Positions 46,138 through 55,416 of a DNA stretch of 64,000 nt are shown in pieces. The position numbers and the translations under genes were made by a program. Under the pieces are notes generated by a model that had not been told where the DNA came from, searched no databases, and worked only from the letters and a program-made list of their open reading frames with translations. The stretch lies in sequence record PP496436.1. One strand, given 5' to 3'. Numbering within the stretch: position 1 is the first letter of the stretch; each line of letters starts with the position of its first letter.

Positions 46138-46823
46138 AAGACTACACACTGATCGTAATCTCCGGCACGCATCGCACCGGCAAGACCACCATGATGCAGG
46201 AGTTCGTCAAACAGAACCCTGAGTTCCAGATACTGCCGTTCACTGTGACCAAAGTCTGGCACGACGTGTTTGGCGACCGCCCGTACACCATGGATCTTCA
46301 CCCAGCAGACCGAGTGTTGTTCCAGTACGGGGTGCTCAATGCGTGGCATAAGTGTGTAGCAGAACATGTCTTACGCAATGGCAAGTGGGTTGTTGACCGA
46401 GGCCCCCTCGACTTCGCCACGTATATGCGCCTTGGACTGATCGACTGCATGGATCACGAAGTAAACCTGCAAGCAGAGCATTTCGTGCTCAACTGCATCC
46501 AGGCCACGGCGGGGCTTGTCAGTTACGAAATCTTGGTCAGTCCTGTGCTGCACCGGATCAACGGGGATATGGTAGAGGATGACGTCACGAAGCTCACCGG
46601 CAAGGTGGGGTTGATGAACCAGACGGTGTTCCATTCCATCCTGCGCGACGTGGCCCAAGACACCATCCGGTCCAGCATCTGCAGCGGGTACTCGGTCGGG
46701 CAACTGATCAATCTGCAGGAGTTGCCTACCGAGATCATTCATCTTGGGGATCGTGTCAATTGGCTGCGGGAGGTGATCGATGCCAAACAAAAAGGAAAGG
46801 CCCGCCTACAGCCAACCCGCTAA
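46134..46823 (+). CDS. P-loop nucleotide kinase (dNMP kinase/AAA_28-like)
   Basis: 'IVISGTHRTGKTT' and 'VVDRGPLDFATY'. Confidence 0.7.
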   Translation: MKDYTLIVISGTHRTGKTTMMQEFVKQNPEFQILPFTVTKVWHDVFGDRPYTMDLHPADRVLFQYGVLNAWHKCVAEHVLRNGKWVVDRGPLDFATYMRLGLIDCMDHEVNLQAEHFVLNCIQATAGLVSYEILVSPVLHRINGDMVEDDVTKLTGKVGLMNQTVFHSILRDVAQDTIRSSICSGYSVGQLINLQELPTEIIHLGDRVNWLREVIDAKQKGKARLQPTR

Positions 46824-48312
46824 GGCGTTCTCCGTCGGCGTACGGTTACTGGGGCGCCTGTGGTGGGAGCCTGCCAGCGGCAAGCATCGGCGGTTCGCCA
46901 CAGTCAATCTGCCCCACGCCGCGCTCACGCTGTACATGGCAGATAGTGCGGGTGGTACGCAACTGAGTGTGACCACTCGTCTGAGCCGCCGCACATCCAA
47001 GAAAGATAAGAAGCCCAAGTCCGCATACATAAATCTTGGCCATTATCTAGACTACCAACATGCCAGCAAGGCAGCGCTCGGGAAGCTCAAAGAGTTTCTC
47101 GACAATAATCCGGAGCACTGTGTCATGCCTGAAGTCAACACCGCAACAAAGCTGGACATCACGCTGGATCAGATGAAGTCGTTACTCGACGCTGCCGGGG
47201 TTAAAGAACATACTGCTGACACCCTGTGCCGCGTGTTCATGCCGGTCCCAATCAAAGGTGATCCTACCGATGGTCAGTCCAAACTCTCCATTGCGCTGGC
47301 AAAGCTGACCGACGACATCGACGCGATCTCCGGGATGTTCGACGCGGCAGAAGGTTTTACCGCCATGGACTTCTGTCAGGCGGACGTGGCCTTCCAGAAG
47401 TTAATGCGACTGATCAACATCAAACCCCATGACCTGGACTCGGGTGGCGAAGAGATCAGCAAGTCGATCAATCGTTTGGTCACCAGCATGTGGCGGTTCA
47501 AGATTGATCCGGCACCCTATCTGCTGGAACTGGGTTTGGACCCAGATCAGTCCACTGTGCTTGCCATGGAGAAGAAGCTGGTGGAAGTGTACGATGTTGA
47601 ACCTGAGTTCATGCAGATGATGGAGTCCCAGTTGTCTAAGGCAGACATAGTTCGGGCTAACCAGCTTCGGTGGGGTTCAACAGACCTGAAACGTTACTTG
47701 CGAGACAACGGGTTACATATCCGTATGATCTTTAGCGACCCCGACAAAACCCCCTACGTAAAACGGTCCGTGTTCGTGTGCGATCTTGATGTCGTCAGCG
47801 TGGACGCGTTGGTAGATTCAGGTATTCTTTCGGCTAGTACCACTGAGCCTGATCTCATGTACCGAGCTTTCAACAGTCAGACGTGGAACCGTAAGCAAGC
47901 TCGTTACCTAGTAATCCAGAAAGAGACGTGGGATTTCCTTGATGCCAAAGGGTTAGAGTCCTTGGAAATTGAGGTAGCAGGATTACAACCGCATGTACTG
48001 GAAGGGTATGTTACACCGGAAAATGGAGAGTGGCCGGAAGATGTTGCCAACTATTTGGTAGACCTGGGATTCCGGAAACACGGGCATGCAGGTAGTGAAT
48101 GTTACGTCATGCGACAACCATCTGGGATTAGCAAGAACGATTTCATTCGTAATCTGATCGACGCCCGTATACTTCGGGTCGACGGTACAGGGCACTATGC
48201 CAAAGTACGAGCCTTCACCGACGGTTTCAAGTCGAAGATTTACAAGTCCGACATCGATGAGTATCTGATCCTCCACGTTGACAACTGGCAGACGTCGTCC
48301 ACGGCGCGCTGA
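46780..48312 (+). CDS. Hypothetical protein
   Basis: 510 aa, no recognised motif. Confidence 0.65.
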   Translation: MPNKKERPAYSQPAKAFSVGVRLLGRLWWEPASGKHRRFATVNLPHAALTLYMADSAGGTQLSVTTRLSRRTSKKDKKPKSAYINLGHYLDYQHASKAALGKLKEFLDNNPEHCVMPEVNTATKLDITLDQMKSLLDAAGVKEHTADTLCRVFMPVPIKGDPTDGQSKLSIALAKLTDDIDAISGMFDAAEGFTAMDFCQADVAFQKLMRLINIKPHDLDSGGEEISKSINRLVTSMWRFKIDPAPYLLELGLDPDQSTVLAMEKKLVEVYDVEPEFMQMMESQLSKADIVRANQLRWGSTDLKRYLRDNGLHIRMIFSDPDKTPYVKRSVFVCDLDVVSVDALVDSGILSASTTEPDLMYRAFNSQTWNRKQARYLVIQKETWDFLDAKGLESLEIEVAGLQPHVLEGYVTPENGEWPEDVANYLVDLGFRKHGHAGSECYVMRQPSGISKNDFIRNLIDARILRVDGTGHYAKVRAFTDGFKSKIYKSDIDEYLILHVDNWQTSSTAR

Positions 48313-48324
48313 CCGAGTGACCAA

Positions 48325-48356
48325 GAGCCCTGTGCCAGTACGGACGGGGCTTTTTT
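48325..48356 (+). terminator. Intrinsic terminator
   Basis: AGCCCTG...CGGGGCTTTTTT. Confidence 0.7.
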
Positions 48357-48373
48357 GCATCTGAAAATAAATG

Positions 48374-48403
48374 TTGCACGCCGTAATGCCCATGTGCTAT
48401 ACT
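48374..48403 (+). promoter_or_regulatory. Sigma70-type promoter with extended -10
   Basis: TTGCAC-18 bp-TATACT with TGn. Confidence 0.65.
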
Positions 48404-48448
48404 GGAATCACGGGAACTCCCCGCCACTATCCCACTGAGGAAAACGCC

Positions 48449-48712
48449 ATGACTACTACCCAGATGAAAGCCCCAGCCCGCCCGGTCCAGTATCAGGTCG
48501 CTGTCGCCATTTTCATTACGTGCACCGCAATCTCCGTCGTGATCGGTTTGCACCACTTGTTCTGGATGATGGTGTTCGGCTTCACCCCGGCAGGTGTGGT
48601 TGACTTTTCTTCACCGATCATCTTCGGCCATGCCAACGTCACCGCCCCACTCCTGATCGTCACGGCTCTGGTTGCCGTGTTCACTTGGCAGCTCGTTGAC
48701 GTGGAGGCTTGA
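48449..48712 (+). CDS. Small membrane protein
   Basis: Start MTTTQM with SD GAGGA; two hydrophobic segments. Confidence 0.65.
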   Translation: MTTTQMKAPARPVQYQVAVAIFITCTAISVVIGLHHLFWMMVFGFTPAGVVDFSSPIIFGHANVTAPLLIVTALVAVFTWQLVDVEA

Positions 48713-48714
48713 TC

Positions 48715-49056
48715 ATGGGCCATCGTAGCAAGTTCCCATCGCTGGACAAGCAGGCACGTGAACTGGAAGCCATGCGCAAGTATCTGGGCTTGGGTACATC
48801 GGTCGTCACCCCGCTGGTAGAACAGAATCTGGTTCCGGTCACCACCGTCAAGCGGGCAGGTTGGAACGTGAGCATGTGGATCATGCCGAAAGATGGATAC
48901 GTCCCAGAGTTTCTTGAGGTGTTCATTACCCTCATGGACAGACAGCTCGCTTGGGACTCGGCGATTCAGTCGATCCCTAAGACCCACAAGCTGCACTTCG
49001 TCGTTGACTGCATCTACGTTTACGAAGTCAGAGAATGGCACCCGGAGAACAACTGA
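48715..49056 (+). CDS. Hypothetical protein
   Basis: ATG 48715 with SD GGAGG. Confidence 0.6.
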   Translation: MGHRSKFPSLDKQARELEAMRKYLGLGTSVVTPLVEQNLVPVTTVKRAGWNVSMWIMPKDGYVPEFLEVFITLMDRQLAWDSAIQSIPKTHKLHFVVDCIYVYEVREWHPENN

Positions 49057-49313
49057 TGAATGCCCAAGAAAGAGCTGCACCTAAGTTCGTGATCAAGAAA
49101 GACGGCAAGTATCACGCCGGTTCTTCTTACGCCACGGGGTACGGGTATCGCAACAGCTGGAGCAAGACGATCGAGGGTGCACGAATCTTCGTCCCGGCGA
49201 ACTCCCGTGTTAACAGTGACGCAGGTGCGCTTGAGAACATCGCCGCCCGGCTGAAAGGCAAGATCATTCAAGTTACCCTCAATGCAGCTAACCGATACGT
49301 AGAGGTCCTCTAA
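49056..49313 (+). CDS. Hypothetical protein
   Basis: TGATG overlap; 85 aa. Confidence 0.6.
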   Translation: MNAQERAAPKFVIKKDGKYHAGSSYATGYGYRNSWSKTIEGARIFVPANSRVNSDAGALENIAARLKGKIIQVTLNAANRYVEVL

Positions 49314-49314
49314 C

Positions 49315-49743
49315 ATGCAACTGACCAATCAGCAACTGACTGCCCGTGAAAAAGATTACTGTGTGAACCGCTTGAAAGGTTACCGTAACGAGATCAAGAC
49401 GCTGCGCAACTGGGAGCATCGGGATAAGGTGAAGCGGCCGCATCGTGTCCCTAGTCTTCGTGCACAGCGCGTCAATGACATCCGCCGGGCGGTGTTCTAC
49501 CGAGGCATCCTGCGCGGCACCGTTGAACTGCCGCTTGCCAATCTGGGCCACAACCGATTCATCACGCCCGCCGTGCCACTCGGCTACACCATCACCCAGA
49601 CCAGAGACGGAGTGTGGGGTTGGGAGTCAGCCACCTCCCCCGAGTCGCATCGCAAGTCAGGCTTCGACATGTATCTAGTGGCGCTGATGGATTGCGTCCG
49701 GGCACAAGGCCCGACGTACGCTGCTGCCGCTGTATCGTACTAA
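49315..49743 (+). CDS. Hypothetical protein
   Basis: 142 aa, SD GAGGT. Confidence 0.6.
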   Translation: MQLTNQQLTAREKDYCVNRLKGYRNEIKTLRNWEHRDKVKRPHRVPSLRAQRVNDIRRAVFYRGILRGTVELPLANLGHNRFITPAVPLGYTITQTRDGVWGWESATSPESHRKSGFDMYLVALMDCVRAQGPTYAAAAVSY

Positions 49744-49748
49744 CAGAC

Positions 49749-49779
49749 AGCCCATGTGGTTTCGGCCCATGGGCTTTTT
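49749..49779 (+). terminator. Intrinsic terminator
   Basis: AGCCCATG...CATGGGCTTTTT. Confidence 0.8.
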
Positions 49780-49821
49780 CCTCTTTGTAAATAGTCCGCA
49801 CAACTCAACGAGGTACCTGCT

Positions 49822-50313
49822 ATGAAATTTCCAACGACTAACGATGTAGTCGAGATGATGACCAACTCTGAATGGTATGTGATGACTATCGGATGGGTAC
49901 TCGTATTCTGGATGTGTTGGATGGTCTCGTGGATCCTCTGGAACGTTATGCTCCGTTTCATCAAGTGTTATGCCAGAGGGTTCAGCTTTGGACTGATGAC
50001 TACCTACGTGGCCCTACGCTCTGGGGCACCCGTCCAGTACGTCCTGTTCTACCTCTTAGTTGAGACGATCTTCCTTTCACCCTTCCATTTTATCCGAGAG
50101 GAAATGTTCGCCAGCACCCATTACTCCAGTATGACTCTGGCCAACGGCGGCACATGGTCCGGTACCTTCCAGTGGTACATCCGTAAGGGGATCACCCGCA
50201 ACAGCTGGAATGAGTGGGAAGCAGAGCGGCTGGTTAAGAAAGCCAAGCAAGCAGAAATAGATCGCCGCAACCGCGAAGACTATCTGCGTGACCCTGACAA
50301 CTTCGACGTGTGA
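49822..50313 (+). CDS. Membrane protein
   Basis: 163 aa, Trp/Met-rich hydrophobic N-terminal segments, SD GAGGT. Confidence 0.65.
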   Translation: MKFPTTNDVVEMMTNSEWYVMTIGWVLVFWMCWMVSWILWNVMLRFIKCYARGFSFGLMTTYVALRSGAPVQYVLFYLLVETIFLSPFHFIREEMFASTHYSSMTLANGGTWSGTFQWYIRKGITRNSWNEWEAERLVKKAKQAEIDRRNREDYLRDPDNFDV

Positions 50314-50322
50314 GACTGATCC

Positions 50323-50673
50323 ATGGATATCTCTTACCGCACTATCAGCTTCTCCACCCGCTTCCCCGACAGCGGCGGACCGATCAAGTTCTACTTCCTT
50401 GTGGTCGGCAAGGTGACCCGTGCCGACTTCACCGTGAGGTTCACGTACGAGTGCAAGCGTAATCGTGTGCGCCCAACTCTGAAGTTCCATGACAGCGTGT
50501 TCCTCGACATTCAAGGGCAAGGATTCCCTACGGGAGTCGGACTAGACGATACTGAGGAACGGCGACTCCAGAACATGTTCACGGAGCTGGCGCGTGAGAT
50601 CAAGCTGCAAGTCACCCAGCGACTCAAGCAAGAGCTGCTGGAACACGTCAACGCTATCGAGATCCCTATGTGA
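50323..50673 (+). CDS. Hypothetical protein
   Basis: 116 aa, GTGA overlap with the next gene. Confidence 0.6.
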   Translation: MDISYRTISFSTRFPDSGGPIKFYFLVVGKVTRADFTVRFTYECKRNRVRPTLKFHDSVFLDIQGQGFPTGVGLDDTEERRLQNMFTELAREIKLQVTQRLKQELLEHVNAIEIPM

Positions 50674-51332
50674 ATATATTCTTCGTCCACGCTGATCCTG
50701 TTATTGCCGCAAGCATGCTCTGCGACCAGCATGTGACCAAGATGATCACCGAGTCAATCCAGATGCTGTGTACGGCGCACCGATGGTTCGGTAACGAAGA
50801 TATGCCGTATGCCTCGATGAACCCGAACCATCGGTGCAACATCTGGGTCCGGGAGTCCACTGAGAACTATCGGTGGTTATGGCGGCACGCCCATGCGCTG
50901 GCGCTGGTGGCAGCGTCCCGATACGGGGCTGTACGCTCGCAGGCGGTGACTTTGTTGTCCCGACTGATCGATGCCCCGGCTGGCGTCGATCGCGGCGCCT
51001 TGACGATCCCAGCGGCTGCTATAAGTGAGCCGCCCGGTTCCCCAATCCCACCGGAGTACTTGCAAGCATGGCGGGAGAGTGTGGTGTGCTTCGAGTCTGC
51101 CGTCGTTGCTTATCGCCAATTCTATATTCAACAGAAGTCGACATTCGCACGCTGGTCTGGATCGGCACCCGCATGGTATATCCAAGGTTTGCGGCAGTAC
51201 AGACTTATGCACCGACTTCGTGAACGAGACCCTAAGCTACCGTGGCCGCGAGGTATGACTAAACCCGATACCCGTCTGCAGTTCCGGTCGCACCCTACCC
51301 TAAGTGATTGGAGGCACTTCCCTAATGAATAA
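50670..51332 (+). CDS. Pyrimidine-dimer DNA glycosylase/endonuclease V family protein
   Basis: 'MNIFFVHADPVIAASMLCDQHVTKMITESIQML', 'NHRCNIWVRES..NYRWL', 'YRQFY'. Confidence 0.8.
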   Translation: MNIFFVHADPVIAASMLCDQHVTKMITESIQMLCTAHRWFGNEDMPYASMNPNHRCNIWVRESTENYRWLWRHAHALALVAASRYGAVRSQAVTLLSRLIDAPAGVDRGALTIPAAAISEPPGSPIPPEYLQAWRESVVCFESAVVAYRQFYIQQKSTFARWSGSAPAWYIQGLRQYRLMHRLRERDPKLPWPRGMTKPDTRLQFRSHPTLSDWRHFPNE

Positions 51333-51343
51333 GAGGATCTTGT

Positions 51344-51619
51344 ATGACGACCCCATTGACTGACTCTGAACTTCAGATGCTGGTTACGGCTGCACGTGAT
51401 CAGATGGCTGACGTGATCACCCGACACTTGCGCACCGTACTGCTACCCCAGCATACCGGAACAGAGGCGGAACAAGCTCGTATCGTGGCAGAGGATTCCG
51501 GTATTGATCTTATCCAGCTGGTGTTCCTGCTGAATGGAGATTCGGCCAAGCTGTCCACGCACAAGCTGCTTGAGATCGCCATCCGCTTGCGGCTGCGTCC
51601 CGTGTTCACCCTGACCTGA
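51344..51619 (+). CDS. XRE/HigA-like helix-turn-helix protein
   Basis: 'VAEDSGIDLIQLVFLLNGDSAKLSTHKLLEIAIRLRL' resembles HTH_37 (A..lGi.q..vs.ll.Gk..kfS.dkL...a..lG). Confidence 0.55.
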   Translation: MTTPLTDSELQMLVTAARDQMADVITRHLRTVLLPQHTGTEAEQARIVAEDSGIDLIQLVFLLNGDSAKLSTHKLLEIAIRLRLRPVFTLT

Positions 51620-51634
51620 TCTAGCGTCACCCTA

Positions 51635-51669
51635 ACCCCGCCCGGCCATTGTGCTGCGCGGGGTTTTTT
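51635..51669 (+). terminator. Intrinsic terminator
   Basis: ACCCCGC...GCGGGGTTTTTT. Confidence 0.8.
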
Positions 51670-51742
51670 CGTCTCCACCATTCACTTTCGCTCTGGTAAA
51701 TAGCACGCATGAAAGTCCCCGTTTTTGAAGAGGGTAACCTGT

Positions 51743-54700
51743 GTGTTAATATCCAGAGCGTCATTAGAGAAGTTTGATTTCGGAAGTCTGTTTGATGATC
51801 ACGTCAACAACGTCGGCAAACCGTACAAGGTACAGTCAGTAAGATCCACCGATTGGTTCCAGTCCAAGGAACGTCTGCTGGTGATCATGGGTCGTCCCAA
51901 CTACCGGGATGCCAAAGACGAAGTGCGCTGCATGATGGGCGCAGATGAAACCCGCATGGTGTTCGATAACCTGCTGGACTTGGCTGCGTCCAACGCTGAG
52001 GTTTATGCGAAGAAGGCGGGAATCAAGCTACGGTCCCGTAACAAGCACGCGATCATGGTCACCAATTTCCAGATTGCTGACCTGAGTTCCGCGTCGGAGG
52101 AAACAGAGTCCATCGCCAACCACGCAGCGGCGAATCGCGTCTCCATGCTGATCCACGTTACCCGGCCCACCAAGGTATTGATCGTCGGGCTGTACGCCGA
52201 GTCGTACCTGATGGAACGCTCGGGCATCGAGTACCCGGCCAAGAAGCGCGGCAACCCGCATCAGGTTGAGTTCAAGGTTGAGTTCAAGCCCAACGAAAAA
52301 GAACTCAAGCGCATGCAGTCACTGGAAAAGATGCGCTCTAAGGCTTTGGTACGGGAACTGGAGAGCAACGAGTATCACCCATGGGTAAACTTCTTCCTTG
52401 AGGAAGTGGCGCACGAAGGTGCCAAGCTGGCTGACTTCGCCAAGAAGGGTGGCACGTACTCGCTGAGCAACACGGTCCAGACGTTCTCCACTATCGACTA
52501 TGACCGGGCGTTCACCAGTGGTTCCGGCGAGAGCGACCTCGATGATGACGCGGTGGTAGAAGCCAACCTGCTCGGGTACGTGAGCCGGAACATCGCTAAC
52601 TGCCTGCTGGGCTGCAATCCATTCAGCCTGCGTCATCTGTTCAGTGAGAGGCAACCGTCCGGGCCAAAGGGTAAGCCCACGATTCAGTGCCACTATGTCG
52701 ATACGCTGAAGAAGTTCGACACCCTGTGGGATAAAGTGATGGAAGCTGACCTGGTGTCCCTCGACGTTGAGACGACCGGCTTCTACCCGCACACTAACCG
52801 GTTGCTGTCACTTCAGGTAGCCACTCGTAAGGAGGAAGGTTTCTTCGTCCCGCTCTATCACAAGGACACCCCGTTCACCAAGAAGGAACTGGAGCACATC
52901 CGTCTGCGCGTCAAAGCGTTGCTGGAACTCAAGGTTACCTATCACAAGAACCAGCGCCGCAAGCGCATGATGCTCGGCCAGAACTTCGGCTTCGACAAGA
53001 AGTGGCTGATGCACTGGTGCGACGTACGCTATCTGTACTGGCCGGTGTGGGACACTATCGCCGGTGAGTTCTGCCTCGACGACAACCTCAAGGGTCTGGT
53101 GGGTAAAGCCCTCGGCTACAAGTACACCCCGTTCTCGTTGGACTCCATTGTGGCGTCGTACGAGAACTACCACTATTTGGAATCGGAGTTCGGTAAGGAA
53201 GATCGGACGACCATTGAACATGTCAAGTTTGGTCCAGGTGAACCAGTGGTAACCTATGGTTGCATGGACGTTGTCTTCCCCATCGCCGCCATGGAACAGC
53301 AACTGAACCGTGCAGAGTGTGAGCACTGGCCGACCGGTAACTACCGAGACACCATGTTCAACTTCATGCTGGCCCAGATGTCGAACATGATCAAGGTGCA
53401 GTCGGGTATGTCGCACCGAGGCATCATGATGGACCAAGGTTACATGGAGTTCCAGCTGAGCGAAGAAGGTGTGTTTGCCAAGGACGTGGAACGCCTGACC
53501 CGCGAGTTGTACGCGTCCAAGAACGTGAAGAAAGCATCCGAGATGCTCAGGGGAAAGAAAGGTATCCCTCAAGGTTCCCTGTTCGGTAATGCGGGTGGTG
53601 ACGCTGCGGGCTTCAACCACGCCAAGCAGGAACACTTGGAGATCCTCTTCTTCGACGTGCTCAAGCTGGCACCGGTCAACGTCAAGAAGGAGACCGATAA
53701 GCGCTCGCTGGACGATGACTTCAAGAAGGCGTACAAAGCCGTACCAGAGGTTGCGTGCTGGGCGCAGATGGGTAAGATGCAGCGGTTGCTCGATACGTTC
53801 ATTCGCGCCATCTACAACCACATGAACAACGACCCAGACTATTCGGTGCACAACAGGCTCCATCCCGGCTACGGGTTCAAGGAGGTTGTGACCGGTCGAT
53901 CCAACAGTAGCAAGCCGTCGCTCCAGCAGATCCCGGTGCACAGTGCCGAGGCCAAGTACGTCAAGCGGCAGTTCGTGGCCCCGATGTGGACCTTGTTCGA
54001 TGACGCTGACTATAGCTCTCACGAGGTTCGCTGCGCGGGTATCACGGCGTTCGACGAAGCTTCATGCTCGGGCTTCCGCAAGATTCACAACATCGTACTG
54101 GATCACAGGCTGTATCCATCGAAGGACAACAAGATCGTCCTGCTCACAGCGGGCGACAGTCACAAGCAGAACTACTCCCGCTTCACCGGTCTGGATATCA
54201 AGGAGTGGATCACCTTCGACTTGACCGAGGAAGGCAAGAAGAAGGCAAAGGCACTGCGACAAATCGCCAAGACCATCGTGTTCGGTGCGATCTATGGTAA
54301 GTCAGCCCCGTCGCTGGCGGCAGAGCTGGGTATCAGCGTCGAGGAAGCCGAAGAACTGCTGTTCAACTTCTTCAAGGAGTTCGCGGACCTCAAGGACTGG
54401 CTGGAGTGGACCAAAGACTATTCCAACAAGCACTTGTACACCTTCGGCCCCCACGGTCGCAAGCGCCGTCTGTTCGGCTACATCACCGGCATCAAGCGTA
54501 CCCAGTCTGCGATGGAACGTCGTGCGCAGAACTCACCAATTCAAGGCTTCGCATCGGACGTTATGTTCGACGCCGCCGAGATGTATGCGCAAAAGCAGCA
54601 TGAGGTGTACGCACTGATAGAAGCCAACCGTAGCCTGCGCAAGATGCTGAGCAAGGAGCTGGAGATCGTCAATCAGTTCCCGACCGGCGCCAACGTTCTG

Positions 54701-55144
54701 GTGCACGACTCCAGCAAGTCAGAGTCGCCGTTCAACTTCCTGCTGATGAACATGCACATCAAAGAGTGGTGTATGACCACGGGCGTCCAGAACTATCTGG
54801 AATCCAACTTCGACATGCAGTTCTTGACCCCGTTCGGTATCGACTTCGACATCGGCGCATCGTGGGCAGACATGGAAGGCTGGGACTTCAACCCGACCAC
54901 CCTGATCGGACCTCAGCCCAAGGACAAAGACGGCAAGCCGGGTATGGGCATCATCGAGACGGCACTGGAGAACAGCCAGAAGATTCACAACTACTCGTTC
55001 AACACCGACAAGGTGGCGCAGGGTATGTTCACCAGCTACCACATGCTGCGAGACGAGCTGAAGCTGGATGAACTCTTCCCGTTGAACATGAAGTACTGCG
55101 TGGACAAGGACTGGCAGGTGCCTACCCCGAAACTTCCAAAGTGA
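51743..55144 (+). CDS. polA: Family A DNA polymerase with N-terminal UDG-like domain and 3'-5' exonuclease
   Basis: GTG start with SD GAGGG (TTG 51725 is an alternative); ExoI 'LDVETTG', 'GQNFGFD'; 'TGRSNSSKPSLQQIP', motif A 'DADYSSHEVR', motif B 'RQIAKTIVFGAIYG', motif C 'VHDS'. Confidence 0.95.
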   Translation: MLISRASLEKFDFGSLFDDHVNNVGKPYKVQSVRSTDWFQSKERLLVIMGRPNYRDAKDEVRCMMGADETRMVFDNLLDLAASNAEVYAKKAGIKLRSRNKHAIMVTNFQIADLSSASEETESIANHAAANRVSMLIHVTRPTKVLIVGLYAESYLMERSGIEYPAKKRGNPHQVEFKVEFKPNEKELKRMQSLEKMRSKALVRELESNEYHPWVNFFLEEVAHEGAKLADFAKKGGTYSLSNTVQTFSTIDYDRAFTSGSGESDLDDDAVVEANLLGYVSRNIANCLLGCNPFSLRHLFSERQPSGPKGKPTIQCHYVDTLKKFDTLWDKVMEADLVSLDVETTGFYPHTNRLLSLQVATRKEEGFFVPLYHKDTPFTKKELEHIRLRVKALLELKVTYHKNQRRKRMMLGQNFGFDKKWLMHWCDVRYLYWPVWDTIAGEFCLDDNLKGLVGKALGYKYTPFSLDSIVASYENYHYLESEFGKEDRTTIEHVKFGPGEPVVTYGCMDVVFPIAAMEQQLNRAECEHWPTGNYRDTMFNFMLAQMSNMIKVQSGMSHRGIMMDQGYMEFQLSEEGVFAKDVERLTRELYASKNVKKASEMLRGKKGIPQGSLFGNAGGDAAGFNHAKQEHLEILFFDVLKLAPVNVKKETDKRSLDDDFKKAYKAVPEVACWAQMGKMQRLLDTFIRAIYNHMNNDPDYSVHNRLHPGYGFKEVVTGRSNSSKPSLQQIPVHSAEAKYVKRQFVAPMWTLFDDADYSSHEVRCAGITAFDEASCSGFRKIHNIVLDHRLYPSKDNKIVLLTAGDSHKQNYSRFTGLDIKEWITFDLTEEGKKKAKALRQIAKTIVFGAIYGKSAPSLAAELGISVEEAEELLFNFFKEFADLKDWLEWTKDYSNKHLYTFGPHGRKRRLFGYITGIKRTQSAMERRAQNSPIQGFASDVMFDAAEMYAQKQHEVYALIEANRSLRKMLSKELEIVNQFPTGANVLVHDSSKSESPFNFLLMNMHIKEWCMTTGVQNYLESNFDMQFLTPFGIDFDIGASWADMEGWDFNPTTLIGPQPKDKDGKPGMGIIETALENSQKIHNYSFNTDKVAQGMFTSYHMLRDELKLDELFPLNMKYCVDKDWQVPTPKLPK

Positions 55145-55151
55145 GACAACC

Positions 55152-55412
55152 ATGAACTTCATCTACAAAGAGGACTTCAACCCTGCTGACGTAGAGTTGT
55201 ATCGCCAAGTCCAGATAATCACGCCGACTGACCCAACGGAGGACCTGATGATGCTGTGGTTCTCCTTCCGCTACATTGCGCTGCGCCAGTCCATCCTCCG
55301 GGGAAAGACATTGACCCCGGCTACCAACTGGTCGAACGAGATATTCGACGAAGCGGTGGATTCCTTGCTGGAAGACACATTGGGACTAAAGCGCCCACCC
55401 ATGGAGGCGTGA
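55152..55412 (+). CDS. Hypothetical protein (paralog of next gene)
   Basis: 86 aa; ends 'FDEAVDSLLEDTLGLKRP'. Confidence 0.65.
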   Translation: MNFIYKEDFNPADVELYRQVQIITPTDPTEDLMMLWFSFRYIALRQSILRGKTLTPATNWSNEIFDEAVDSLLEDTLGLKRPPMEA

Positions 55413-55416
55413 CGCC

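Noticed and set aside
51709-51777. 22-codon ATG ORF overlapping the polA start in another frame, suggesting a +1 programmed frameshift at GTT TGA
   Set aside because: An in-frame GTG at 51743 has a good SD (GAGGG, 8 nt spacing), and the site lacks an RF2-like slippery codon and internal SD. No frameshift is needed, though a regulatory uORF is not excluded.
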